Origin: Chthoniobacterales bacterium
GTDB taxonomy: Bacteria > Verrucomicrobiota > Verrucomicrobiia > Chthoniobacterales > JAFAMB01
Direction: 5' to 3'
DNA length: 49,488 nucleotides
NCBI GenBank assembly: GCA_035938215.1
Contig: DASZHC010000089.1
Span: 1-49,488 of the forward strand
In this document: positions 26,931 through 35,296 of the stretch, piece by piece
How the letters are laid out: the number at the start of each line of letters is the position of its first letter
Numbering within the stretch: position 1 is the first letter of the stretch
The notes under the pieces: model-generated
What the model was told of the DNA's origin: nothing
What the model saw: only the letters and a program-made list of their open reading frames with translations
Databases searched by the model: none
Made by a program: the position numbers and the translations under genes

Positions 26931-29894
26931 ATGGATTTTGGATCTTTTAAACGACGCGTGCAGGATGCCATTGCAATTTCGAGCGGGCGGCGTATTACCC
27001 GAAACGATTGGAATCTGGCTGACAATCTTTCCGGTGACAGGCAAATTGTGGCCGGAAACGTTTATCACAACAGGTTTGAGGAAATGCCGGAATCGCTGGA
27101 ATTCGAGCATTATCAGGTTCTGACAAATGCAGACGGCTCTCTGATGGAGCTTGGGCGCGGAGCCATGGGAGTTACCTACAAGGCTTTCGATACCAATCTC
27201 CATTGTTATGTGGCTTTAAAGGTCATCAGCTCCGCTCTCTTGGATAGTGAGACTGCTGCCGATCGTTTCCTTCGAGAAGCGAGAGCTGCTGCACGGTTAC
27301 GGCATCGCAATGTTGCTTCGGTTTTCCATCTGGGTAAGCATGCCGACAGCTACTTCTATTCGATGGAGTTCATTGACGGGGAAACGCTGCTGCACCGAGT
27401 CAAGAGAGACGGACCGCTCGACTGCCTTTTTGCTCTCGACATCACCCAGCAAGTCGCCTGCGCCCTTATCGCTGCGGACGAACAGCAACTCGTTCACCGC
27501 GACATCAAACCCTCCAATGTGATGCTGGCTCGGGAAAGTGACGGGGAAATTCTTGCAAAGGTGATCGATTTCGGCCTCGTGAAGTCCGCCGTTGGAGATT
27601 CGAGTGCCGCCGGCGAACTCACGATGCGAGGTTTCGTTGGCACGCCCTATTTTGCAAGTCCCGAACAACTGGATCGTCAGCAGGAAGATATCCGATCCGA
27701 CATCTATTCTCTCGGCGTAACGCTTTGGTACATGCTAACCGGCAAACCCACGTTTGTGGGCTCGATGGCCAGCGTGATTGCGCAACACCTGGAAAAATCA
27801 CCACCGTTCGAGTCGCTGGCGATTCTGCCCGCACAGGTGGTTGGTGTTTTGCGGCGGATGCTCGAGAAGGAGAGGTCGCGCCGTATTCAGACCCCGTCGG
27901 AGCTCCGGACTGAATTGAAACACTGTATTGAAAACCTCGCAGCGGAAAGACTCGCGGAGAGGCCGTCGGCACCCCCGGCAGAAAGTTTCGAAACAATCGA
28001 GCTGACAAGCGCAGATCGGCCCCCGGTGTCCCGTCCTGAATCCGGCTCGCTCTTGAAGAATCGATATCGCTTGATCGAGGATGTTAATCCGGCAAATCCC
28101 GGTCATACCTTTCACGCGGAAGATCTTGTAACAAGCGCACGCATCACGGTTCGCGTTTTCATGGCGGCGCCTGATTTGCTCAATGAAATTGATCAGCGAG
28201 CGGCACTCCTGCCTTCTGTGCTGCACCCAAACTTCATTCATGTTTTTGCGGCCGAGCGGGAAAAAGGTTTCAGCTTTGTCGCCTTTGAATGGCTTGAAGG
28301 CTTCGCTCTTGTCGATCTCCTCCGTGCGCGCGGTGCGCTGACTTTGCGAGAATCGCTGTTTCTCTTGAAACAGATAGCGTCCGCAGTTGATGCAGCGCGC
28401 CAATGGAGAACGGAGCTTGAGATTAGCTTGCGCGATATTCTCGTTCATTTTCCGGACAGCCTTGTGGATCCTGCTGCTTCCAACGTCTTGCTTCGGTGCC
28501 CGTTGGATGAGTGGCCTACATTCGTGGTGAAACTGAGTCTCCTCGCCGAAATCAAGGAACTCGAAGCCGCCGCAGAGGGCTTCCAGGAACGTACGATGAT
28601 CTCCGATCTAAAGCCGCAACAGGATGTGGTGCAACTCGGAATTCTGGTTTACGAACTACTGGGTGGCAAGCCGGGCGGGTTCGCACCTCTCGCAAATGTA
28701 TCGGAAAGAGGAAACGAAATCCTCCGGAGATGCCTTACTCCTGGGCGAGGTTTTTCCACAGCAACGGAGTTTTATGATGCTCTCAACGGAGTTGCGGCGG
28801 CCAAGCCGTCAACGATTCCGGCCATTTTGAAAGTGTCAGAGCCGACTCAGGCTTCACAGACTCGCTTTGCTCCAACCCCGGCGGTGCCCCCCTCTCGAGA
28901 ATCTGCGCCTGCACCTGAATCCCCTCCTCAGCGTGCCATGCAAAAAACAGGAGCCTTGATCGCAGCTGTCGTAGTCGGCGGAACATTGGCAGCAGGAGGC
29001 GTTCTCTGGCTTTACTTGTCCGGAATCTCCAGCCCGGTCTCAAGCGCGAACCCGGATCTGTCAACGCCAAAACAGGCCTTGAGTTCGGCTTTTCATCCAT
29101 CGCCACCCCAACCGGGCAAAGCCTGGACGAATAGTCTTGAGATGCGGTTTGTTCCGCTCGGCGACATCTACATTTCCGTTTGGCAGACCCGCGTTCGTGA
29201 CTTTGACGCGTTCGTTGCGGCAACCGGCTACGACGCCATCGGAGGAATGTCCTCCGCTATCACGCAAAATGGGTTCAAGCTCAATCAGATGAGCTGGAAG
29301 GACCCTGGTTTTTCTCAGACGCCCGATCATCCCGTCGTCGGTGTAAGTTGGGAAGATGCAAACCAGTTCTGCGCTTGGCTCACAAAAAAGGAACGGAGTG
29401 AAGGAACACTGAGGAATTTTCAGAGCTATCGGTTGCCGACGGATCGGGAATGGAGCGAGGCAATCGGGCTGCAACATGAGGTGGGCGCAACGCCGGCGGA
29501 TCGGAGCGCAAAAATCAAAGGGGTTTATCCATGGGGCTCGGCATTCCCGCCGCCAGTCGACACACTAAACTATGCTGGAAGCGAATCTCGCGCTGGAGCA
29601 CCCGATACCTGGGCGGTAATCCCAGATTATCATGATGCATTTCCTCGAACGGCGCCAGTCACCGCTTTCAATCCTAACACACGCGGTCTCTGCTCCCTGG
29701 GCGGAAACGTTTGGGAATGGTGCATGGATAAATTTGAAACCGGACTGAGCTGGCGAACCCTCCGAGGCGGGTCTTGGGCTACCTCCCGACAGGAAGAGAT
29801 GCTTTCTTCGTACCGTCGCGGATATGGATCGCTTTTTCGCTCGGATGATATCGGCTTTCGCTGTGTGATAGCGTCCAATGGAGGCGACAAATGA
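26931..29894 (+). CDS. Transmembrane receptor Ser/Thr kinase: kinase + kinase-like (probably inactive) domain + TM + periplasmic FGE-sulfatase domain
   Basis: Start set at ATG 26931. Active kinase motifs GRGAMGVTY, VALKVI, HRDIKPSN, DFG, SPE. The second kinase-like repeat has degenerate motifs (ITVRVF, SLRDILV). TM helix GALIAAVVVGGTLAAGGVLWLYL. C-terminal FGE motifs HPVVGVSWEDA, GGNVWEWC, RGGSW, GFRCV. Confidence 0.9.
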   Translation: MDFGSFKRRVQDAIAISSGRRITRNDWNLADNLSGDRQIVAGNVYHNRFEEMPESLEFEHYQVLTNADGSLMELGRGAMGVTYKAFDTNLHCYVALKVISSALLDSETAADRFLREARAAARLRHRNVASVFHLGKHADSYFYSMEFIDGETLLHRVKRDGPLDCLFALDITQQVACALIAADEQQLVHRDIKPSNVMLARESDGEILAKVIDFGLVKSAVGDSSAAGELTMRGFVGTPYFASPEQLDRQQEDIRSDIYSLGVTLWYMLTGKPTFVGSMASVIAQHLEKSPPFESLAILPAQVVGVLRRMLEKERSRRIQTPSELRTELKHCIENLAAERLAERPSAPPAESFETIELTSADRPPVSRPESGSLLKNRYRLIEDVNPANPGHTFHAEDLVTSARITVRVFMAAPDLLNEIDQRAALLPSVLHPNFIHVFAAEREKGFSFVAFEWLEGFALVDLLRARGALTLRESLFLLKQIASAVDAARQWRTELEISLRDILVHFPDSLVDPAASNVLLRCPLDEWPTFVVKLSLLAEIKELEAAAEGFQERTMISDLKPQQDVVQLGILVYELLGGKPGGFAPLANVSERGNEILRRCLTPGRGFSTATEFYDALNGVAAAKPSTIPAILKVSEPTQASQTRFAPTPAVPPSRESAPAPESPPQRAMQKTGALIAAVVVGGTLAAGGVLWLYLSGISSPVSSANPDLSTPKQALSSAFHPSPPQPGKAWTNSLEMRFVPLGDIYISVWQTRVRDFDAFVAATGYDAIGGMSSAITQNGFKLNQMSWKDPGFSQTPDHPVVGVSWEDANQFCAWLTKKERSEGTLRNFQSYRLPTDREWSEAIGLQHEVGATPADRSAKIKGVYPWGSAFPPPVDTLNYAGSESRAGAPDTWAVIPDYHDAFPRTAPVTAFNPNTRGLCSLGGNVWEWCMDKFETGLSWRTLRGGSWATSRQEEMLSSYRRGYGSLFRSDDIGFRCVIASNGGDK

Positions 29895-30796
29895 GACTAC
29901 TCAAATTTAATCTTGTTTTGATTCCGTTTATCCTGCTCGCTTTTGGCGCGGTCGCCTACGTGGCACGCAAAACATTATTCGAAGCTGCCCGCCAGCAGGT
30001 AATCCAGAATGCACGCCTTATCATGGAGACAATGTTGTCGAGCCGCACTTATACGACCAAACAGGTCGCGCCGCTTCTTCAGCAGAAAAATTTCAAACTC
30101 CAGACGGCTATCGCAGAATTTCGAAAGACTCTCGAAGAGATTCCGAAAACGCCCGACACGGTTTTAAATAAGGATATTCGCGGAAATGCGAAGAAAACCT
30201 ATTTGCTAGGTCAGCAGCATGCCCTGAATGCGCAACAACAATTCCTTGAATCGGTCAAAGGCAGACCTGAAGAACTTCTCGATACAGAATTTCACCCCCA
30301 ATCGGTCCCGGCATTCGCGGCAACGGAGATCTTTAGCTATTTGCGCGAAAAATTTCCGGACTACTTCTACAAGGAGGCAACCTTGAACCCCACTAACCCG
30401 CGCGATCGCGCGACAGATTGGGAGAGCGATGTTGTCAATCAGTTCCGGGCGGGCGCAATTCAGAACGAATTCATCACATCACGTGAAGCCTCAACAGGAA
30501 CCGCTCTGGTGTTGGCCCGACCCATTAAGGTCAATAACGTGAGTTGCCTGGAATGCCACAGCACCCCTGACAAGGCGCCCACTGAAATGATAAAGCTTTA
30601 CGGCACTGCAAACGGATTCAATTGGAAAATGGACGATATTATCGGTGCCCAGGTTGTTTCAGTGCCTGTTTCTGTTCCGCTACGAACTGCTGAAGAAACT
30701 TTTAGAATGCTCTTGACATGGCTTGGAGGTGCCTTTGGATGTATTGTCATCGCCGCGAATCTCGGCGTAGCGATTGTTGCGCCGCCGAAGACCTAG
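29891..30796 (+). CDS. DUF3365 (Tll0287-like) c-type heme sensor-domain protein with N-terminal anchor
   Basis: 301 aa. N-terminal hydrophobic helix, single CxxCH (NNVSCLECHSTPDKAP) and a C-terminal hydrophobic helix. ATGA overlap with the kinase stop. Confidence 0.8.
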   Translation: MRLLKFNLVLIPFILLAFGAVAYVARKTLFEAARQQVIQNARLIMETMLSSRTYTTKQVAPLLQQKNFKLQTAIAEFRKTLEEIPKTPDTVLNKDIRGNAKKTYLLGQQHALNAQQQFLESVKGRPEELLDTEFHPQSVPAFAATEIFSYLREKFPDYFYKEATLNPTNPRDRATDWESDVVNQFRAGAIQNEFITSREASTGTALVLARPIKVNNVSCLECHSTPDKAPTEMIKLYGTANGFNWKMDDIIGAQVVSVPVSVPLRTAEETFRMLLTWLGGAFGCIVIAANLGVAIVAPPKT

Positions 30797-30966
30797 TGCA
30801 CCGTCTCGCATATAGTGGTGATGTCGCCGCTGGTCAGTTGGCTGTTTTTTCAAGGCGCGAGCGATGCGTACTGGCGTTTGCTCCCGAAACAATGTCCCCG
30901 AAATAACATGGCCTTTCGCTCCGATCAAAATGGGCCGCCGGCAAGGCGCCAGGAGGGCTCGGGCGG
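30793..30966 (+). repeat. Mosaic repeat block occupying the whole DUF3365/GNAT spacer
   Basis: Family A arm plus core (30793-30830; its CTAG holds the TAG stop of the upstream gene). Then an X module (TCAGTTGGCTGTTTTTTCAAGGCGCGAGCGA) and a Y module (TGTCCCCGAAATAACATGGCCTTTCGC). Last, a family B arm fragment (GATCAAAATGGGCCGCCGGCAAGGCG, compare 39774-39799). Confidence 0.75.
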
Positions 30967-31524
30967 ATGATGAATAACGAATACCGCTCCCTTGTGTTGG
31001 CAGCCGGCGAAAAATTCCGGCTGATACCTTACGACGTAAGCTTCAGCGAATCATTGTTTGAGGCGGTTGAGGAATCTCGAGATGAACTGCTTCGTTGGAC
31101 ATCCTGGTGCAGCGCAGAATACACGATGGAAGATAGCCGCCGCTGGCTGCAGTCAAGAGAACGGTACCGTTTTGAGAGCCGTGCCTACGATTTCGCGGTG
31201 ACCGACGCAAAAACAGGCGAATTAGTCGGCGGTTGTGGAATCGAATGTATCGAGCGCAAAAACCGAATCGGCAGGCTTTACTATTGGGTCAGGAATTCTC
31301 GCAGAAGGGAGGGAGCGGCTTCAGAGGCAGCTCAGGCGGTAGCCGCATTCGGTCTCAACAATCTTCAGTTGATTCGCTTGGAGGCCATCGTCTCCGAAAA
31401 CAATTTTGTCGGCCAGAGAGTCGCAGAGAAAATCGGCGCCTCACGTGAAATTCGGTTGCGCAACAGAGTCATTTTAAGCGGAAAGATTCACCACGCTTAT
31501 CTATTTGCCTTGTTCCCTGAATGA
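30967..31524 (+). CDS. GNAT N-acetyltransferase (RimJ/RimL-like)
   Basis: 185 aa with a GNAT core: GRLYYWVRNSRRREGAASEAAQAVAAFGL...LEAIVSENNFVGQRVAEKIGA. Confidence 0.8.
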   Translation: MMNNEYRSLVLAAGEKFRLIPYDVSFSESLFEAVEESRDELLRWTSWCSAEYTMEDSRRWLQSRERYRFESRAYDFAVTDAKTGELVGGCGIECIERKNRIGRLYYWVRNSRRREGAASEAAQAVAAFGLNNLQLIRLEAIVSENNFVGQRVAEKIGASREIRLRNRVILSGKIHHAYLFALFPE

Positions 31525-32381
31525 AGACGGTTTCCATCGTTGCGCTCATTCATGGTCCTGATCGACCCGGGCTGGTCGCCAAGGTTGCAGGATGGATCTA
31601 TAAGGCGGGAGGAAATATACTTCACGCCGACCAGCACAGAGATGCTGAAGAGAATGTTTTCTTCCAACGCATCGAATGGACTCAACCGGGAGACGAAGAG
31701 ACAATCCACAAAGTAGCAAAATCGTTTTCGATTATGGCGACGCAAGAACTCGGTATGTCGTGCCGGACTGCTGTCTCTAACGAACGAGCTCGCGTTGGTG
31801 TTCTGGTTTCAAAAATCCCTCACTGTCTGCACGATCTTGCGTTCAGATTTAGACGCGGCGAAATGCGCGGAGACATTGTGTGCGTGATTTCCAATCACGA
31901 GACTCTTGGCGACTTCTGCGAGTCGATACAGATCCCGTTTTATCGAGTTGAAGTACCGCCTGACGGCAAAGAAAGCGCGGAACGATTGGAGTTGGACATT
32001 CTTCGAAAATACCAAGTCGATCTGATTATTCTGGCGCGCTACATGCAGATCCTGAGCGCTCGATTTCTAAGCGAGGCTGGAATTCCTGTGATAAATATTC
32101 ACCATAGCTTCCTCCCGGCGTTCGCCGGAGGTCGCCCCTATCACCAGGCGTACGCACGCGGCGTGAAGATCATCGGCGCGACTGCTCACTACGCGACTGC
32201 AGACCTTGACCAGGGGCCCATCATAGCTCAAGACATCGCCCGGATCAGTCACAGACACACAGTCGAAGAACTCATCCGCAAGGGTCAGGACCTGGAGCAA
32301 ACCGTGTCAGCCCAGGCAATTCGCTGGCACTTGGAACATCGCGTACTTGTGTACAAAAATAAGACCGTCGTGTTCGATTGA
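31521..32381 (+). CDS. purU: Formyltetrahydrofolate deformylase
   Basis: 286 aa. N-terminal ACT-like domain (GPDRPGLVAKVAGWI) and formyltransferase motif HHSFLPAFAGGRPYHQAYARGVKIIGATAHYAT..LDQGPII. ATGA overlap with the GNAT stop. Confidence 0.95.
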   Translation: MKTVSIVALIHGPDRPGLVAKVAGWIYKAGGNILHADQHRDAEENVFFQRIEWTQPGDEETIHKVAKSFSIMATQELGMSCRTAVSNERARVGVLVSKIPHCLHDLAFRFRRGEMRGDIVCVISNHETLGDFCESIQIPFYRVEVPPDGKESAERLELDILRKYQVDLIILARYMQILSARFLSEAGIPVINIHHSFLPAFAGGRPYHQAYARGVKIIGATAHYATADLDQGPIIAQDIARISHRHTVEELIRKGQDLEQTVSAQAIRWHLEHRVLVYKNKTVVFD

Positions 32382-32401
32382 GATTTGCCGCGTAGGCACA
32401 C

Positions 32402-32426
32402 AAAAAACCCTCCGTTCACGAGGGCG
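32402..32426 (-). terminator. Weak intrinsic terminator candidate for the minus-strand small ORFs
   Basis: Minus strand reads CGCCCTCGTGAACGGAGGGTTTTTT: a 5-bp GC stem and 7-nt loop followed by T6. Confidence 0.35.
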
Positions 32427-32518
32427 AATACGAAAGGGGCGATGGGTGCTTTGAGTGATTTAAAAAGAGGTTGTCTGGGGGGAATCTTGGTTATTCAGTG
32501 AGCTCATAGGTCGACAGT

Positions 32519-32710
32519 TTAAGATGCGACCTGAGCCGCAAGAGTAGGAGACCGGTCAGACGGACGGTTCGAAGAATTGTTCGTGGCGTTATAGACCTGT
32601 GCCAGCGCTCGAGCATCGAACGGCTGGAAGTTGTCCGGCTCAGGAACAAAACTTTCCTCCTGTTTGTACCCATTGCGAAAAGCAATCAGTGCGAATACTA
32701 GTGCTTCCAT
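32519..32710 (-). CDS. Small hypothetical protein (63 aa)
   Basis: ATG preceded by AAAGGAT at about -8. Hydrophobic N-terminus MEALVFALIAF, then a polar tail. No recognisable family. Confidence 0.35.
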   Translation of the reverse strand: MEALVFALIAFRNGYKQEESFVPEPDNFQPFDARALAQVYNATNNSSNRPSDRSPTLAAQVAS

Positions 32711-32793
32711 ATTTAGTTTATCCTTTGTTTAGGTGTTGGATTGGCTGGTGCTGACCCAGAGGATCGTTCCTGCGGTGATCAGCAGCAGTTTGG

Positions 32794-32904
32794 TTATTCG
32801 CCCGCGCTAAGGGACGACAGAACGGCGGTCACACGAGGCGCCAAAGCGATTCCGATAAGGATCAGGGTGAAACCCAGATCCGACACAAGTTTGCCGATTT
32901 CCAT
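32794..32904 (-). CDS. Small hydrophobic peptide (36 aa), below the ORF-track cutoff
   Basis: Hand translation gives MEIGKLVSDLGFTLILIGIALAPRVTAVLSSLSAGE. GAAAGG lies 7 nt upstream of the ATG. Sits 84 nt upstream of the 63-aa ORF on the same strand. Confidence 0.3.
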   Translation of the reverse strand: MEIGKLVSDLGFTLILIGIALAPRVTAVLSSLSAGE

Positions 32905-33269
32905 ATATCTACCTTTCTCAAGTTATTGTTTACCTTTGAGAGATAGACCGGGAAACTCCTTGCGAAGCTTCCCGCTCGTTTTTCTCTCAGCATCCTGGAT
33001 CGGCAACCCCTAGCGAGGTGCTTTCCGGAATGCCCAGAGAAATGCTGTAGAAATCTGCGCCATGATAACACCGTTAACCGGCCAGTCAACTTAGAATTGC
33101 AAACCTCTTTTTCAATGAATCTTCGCTATCCCAACCCATTTTCTTCGCCCAATCACCACAGGATTATTTGGACAGAACATGCAATTATTGATAGAACTCC
33201 GCCCATGTCCGGCTCCCACTTGCCAAAATCGTCTAAGTCACTCAGAAGGAGGAGGTTTCCGATCGCCTC

Positions 33270-33695
33270 ATGAGATGGTGGACCCTGATCCTGCTCGTTG
33301 GACTCGCCGGCTCGGGCTTTGCTCGATTGGGAGATACCGAAAGCCAGCTCATCAAACGTTATGGAAAGCCGACCTCCGTTCGTCCGGGCGGTAAGTACGA
33401 CCCTTACTTCGAGAAACTGATCGATTTTGAAAAAGAAGGCATTGCGATCTCCTGCGGCCTCCATGCCGGTAAGTGCGTGACCATCGAGTACAAGAGAGAG
33501 AGAGGATTCAATTCGTTGGAGTTCGAAGGCTTTAAAGGCTTGAATCATGCCCCATCAGGCGTCGTCGTAGAACGCGGCGCTACGGCGCTGAAATTCACCT
33601 CGAAAAAGGATTATCAGGCGATTATCGCTGGCTCCGAGACAGGCATCAGGAGGATGCGCAAGAAGTCAGAGGCCCTTGAAAGAGGAAACCATTAG
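33270..33695 (+). CDS. Hypothetical secreted protein
   Basis: 141 aa with AGGAGG upstream and a signal-like MRWWTLILLVGLAGSGFA. Its TAG stop is the first 3 nt of the family D repeat. Confidence 0.55.
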   Translation: MRWWTLILLVGLAGSGFARLGDTESQLIKRYGKPTSVRPGGKYDPYFEKLIDFEKEGIAISCGLHAGKCVTIEYKRERGFNSLEFEGFKGLNHAPSGVVVERGATALKFTSKKDYQAIIAGSETGIRRMRKKSEALERGNH

Positions 33696-33787
33696 AATTC
33701 TTGAAAAGCAAAACCGGTTGTAGATGAGCCAAGTTTTTTCCGCATGTATGCATCGATCCCCGGGTGGTTTTGCTTTTCAAGAATTCT
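33693..33787 (+). repeat. Family D TIR element, copy 2
   Basis: 22-nt perfect TIRs AGAATTCTTGAAAAGCAAAACC / GGTTTTGCTTTTCAAGAATTCT. Ends 19 nt before the SDR ATG. Confidence 0.8.
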
Positions 33788-33805
33788 CAGTGGATACGTC
33801 GTCGT

Positions 33806-34579
33806 ATGCAGTTCACGGATCTACGCGGCAAAGTAGCAATTGTCACGGGAGCTAGCCGCTTAAGGGGAATAGGCGCAGCGATTTGCCGAGCCCTCGCTGC
33901 ACAAGGTTGTGCCATCTTCTTTACCGGCTACTCCAAATACGACGCGCTCGCGTTTCCCAAAGTGTCGACTACCAAGGATTCGGAGCATCTCGCTGCAGAA
34001 CTCCGCGGCATGGGGGTGCCTGTTGCGTTCATGGAGGTCGACTTGGCGCAACCAGATTGCGCTGTACGTATCTTGGAAACAGCTGAGCGTCTTCTCGGAG
34101 CGCCGTCTATCCTTGTAAACAACGCTGCCCATAGCGCGAAAGATGGATTCGAGAGGCTCGACGCTTCAGGTCTCGATGCGCACTACGCGGTAAACGTTCG
34201 TGGCGCGGCGCTCCTGTCTGTGGAATTCGCACGGCGATTTCCTTATGGGCGCGGAGGCCGGATTATCAATCTGACTTCGGGTCAGGAATGTGAGCCGTTG
34301 GCCGGCGAACTGGCGTATGCAGCCACAAAAGGGGCCATTTCCGCCTTTACTCGTTCCTTAGCCAAGGAAGTGGCGTGCAAAGGCATCAGTGTAAACGCGG
34401 TCGATCCAGGGCCAACCGATACTGGCTGGATGTCTGATGAATTTAAAAGCCGATTGATCGGCTCCAATGCGAACGGTCGGGTCGGACTGCCGGAGGACGC
34501 AGCCCGACTAGTCGTATTCCTCGCCAGTGAAGCCGCAGATCAGCTGAGCGGCGAGGTAATTCACGCTCGAGGAATCTGA
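33806..34579 (+). CDS. Short-chain dehydrogenase/reductase
   Basis: Start at ATG 33806 (MQFTDLRGKVAIVTGAS). Motifs TGASRLRGIG, NNAA and YAATKGA. Confidence 0.9.
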   Translation: MQFTDLRGKVAIVTGASRLRGIGAAICRALAAQGCAIFFTGYSKYDALAFPKVSTTKDSEHLAAELRGMGVPVAFMEVDLAQPDCAVRILETAERLLGAPSILVNNAAHSAKDGFERLDASGLDAHYAVNVRGAALLSVEFARRFPYGRGGRIINLTSGQECEPLAGELAYAATKGAISAFTRSLAKEVACKGISVNAVDPGPTDTGWMSDEFKSRLIGSNANGRVGLPEDAARLVVFLASEAADQLSGEVIHARGI

Positions 34580-34654
34580 CAAACGCTCGATAGCCGATTT
34601 GTCATTCGCGTCGGAATCGATATTAATTCTAGCTTTCCCTATCGGAGCGAAAAA

Positions 34655-35149
34655 ATGACCAATTTTATGACTAAAGCGCTTCTCTTTCTTCTCGCCACGG
34701 TTCTGCTTACCGATCTTCCGGCAGCCACACCGTCGCTGCCCGCGGCTCCCTCGAAATATGTAACAGACTACGCTGGTGTGCTGAGGGCAGGCACCGCGGA
34801 TCGGCTGAGCAGCCAACTTGCCGACTTCGATCATCGAACTGGCGAGGAGTTGATCATCGTTATCTATCCGAATATTCCGAAAGGAGTTTCCATAGGTGAC
34901 TATGCGCAGCAATTGTACGAGGCATGGAAGATTGGCAAGCGCGGCAAAGATACCGGTGCCCTCCTTCTGATCGCCACGCAGGAGCACCAGGGTCGTATTC
35001 ATTCAGGTCGGGGACTTCAGGCAAAACTCACCGAAGACGCTTGTAATAGAATCTTTACCAACAGAGTTGCGCCTCACCTTGATGCGAACGACTACGACGG
35101 AGCCTGCAGGGCTGCCGCGAACGCTCTGATTGAGGCTGCGTCGCGGTAG
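34655..35149 (+). CDS. TPM-domain (YgcG-like) secreted protein
   Basis: 164 aa with a signal peptide MTNFMTKALLFLLATVLL. TPM-like core YVTDYAGVL...ELIIVIYPNIP...GALLLIATQEHQGRI. Confidence 0.75.
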   Translation: MTNFMTKALLFLLATVLLTDLPAATPSLPAAPSKYVTDYAGVLRAGTADRLSSQLADFDHRTGEELIIVIYPNIPKGVSIGDYAQQLYEAWKIGKRGKDTGALLLIATQEHQGRIHSGRGLQAKLTEDACNRIFTNRVAPHLDANDYDGACRAAANALIEAASR

Positions 35150-35151
35150 CC

Positions 35152-35200
35152 GGCTAGCGTTTACAAATACCTGCAAATCTGTGACTTGTGCAAGGAACTT
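35152..35200 (+). repeat. Family E direct repeat, copy 1
   Basis: GGCTAGCGTTTACAAATACCTGCAAATCTGTGACTTGTGCAAGGAACTT. The 36-nt core (35165-35200) matches 39480-39515 at 30 of 36 positions by hand alignment. Confidence 0.7.
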
Positions 35201-35256
35201 CGGATCGGCCGGTGTACAAGCGCGCTAGGGGCAGATCTCCATAAGGATTAACTTAA

Positions 35257-35293
35257 GCGATGCAGAGTGCACAACTGCGCTGCTATGCATCGC
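35257..35293 (-). terminator. Hairpin immediately downstream of the S10 peptidase stop
   Basis: GCGATGCA (35257-35264) pairs with TGCATCGC (35286-35293), starting 3 nt after the stop. On the minus strand it is followed by the A/T-rich TTAAGTTAAT. Confidence 0.4.
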
Positions 35294-35296
35294 AGT

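Noticed and set aside
29000-30966. The FGE-sulfatase C-terminus of the kinase as a diversity-generating retroelement (DGR) variable region
   Set aside because: DGR targets often use this fold. However, I see no reverse transcriptase ORF and no template-repeat copy of the 3' end of the gene in the window. The downstream spacer is made of the A/X/Y/B repeat families instead.
30841-30966. A ZTP/pfl-type riboswitch upstream of GNAT-purU, suggested by ACTGGCG and CGCCAGG strings and the folate/purine context
   Set aside because: The conserved GGGTCGTGAC 5' domain and CCGCCTGGGC pseudoknot partner are absent. The same sequence modules also recur at unrelated loci (37177-37238, 39774-39799), so this is repeat DNA.
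33724-33790. A short peptide (MSQVFS..H....G.AFQ.F) encoded in both family D copies
   Set aside because: Differences between the two copies are overwhelmingly non-synonymous. The conserved C-terminal part simply coincides with the TIR, so there is no evidence of coding selection.
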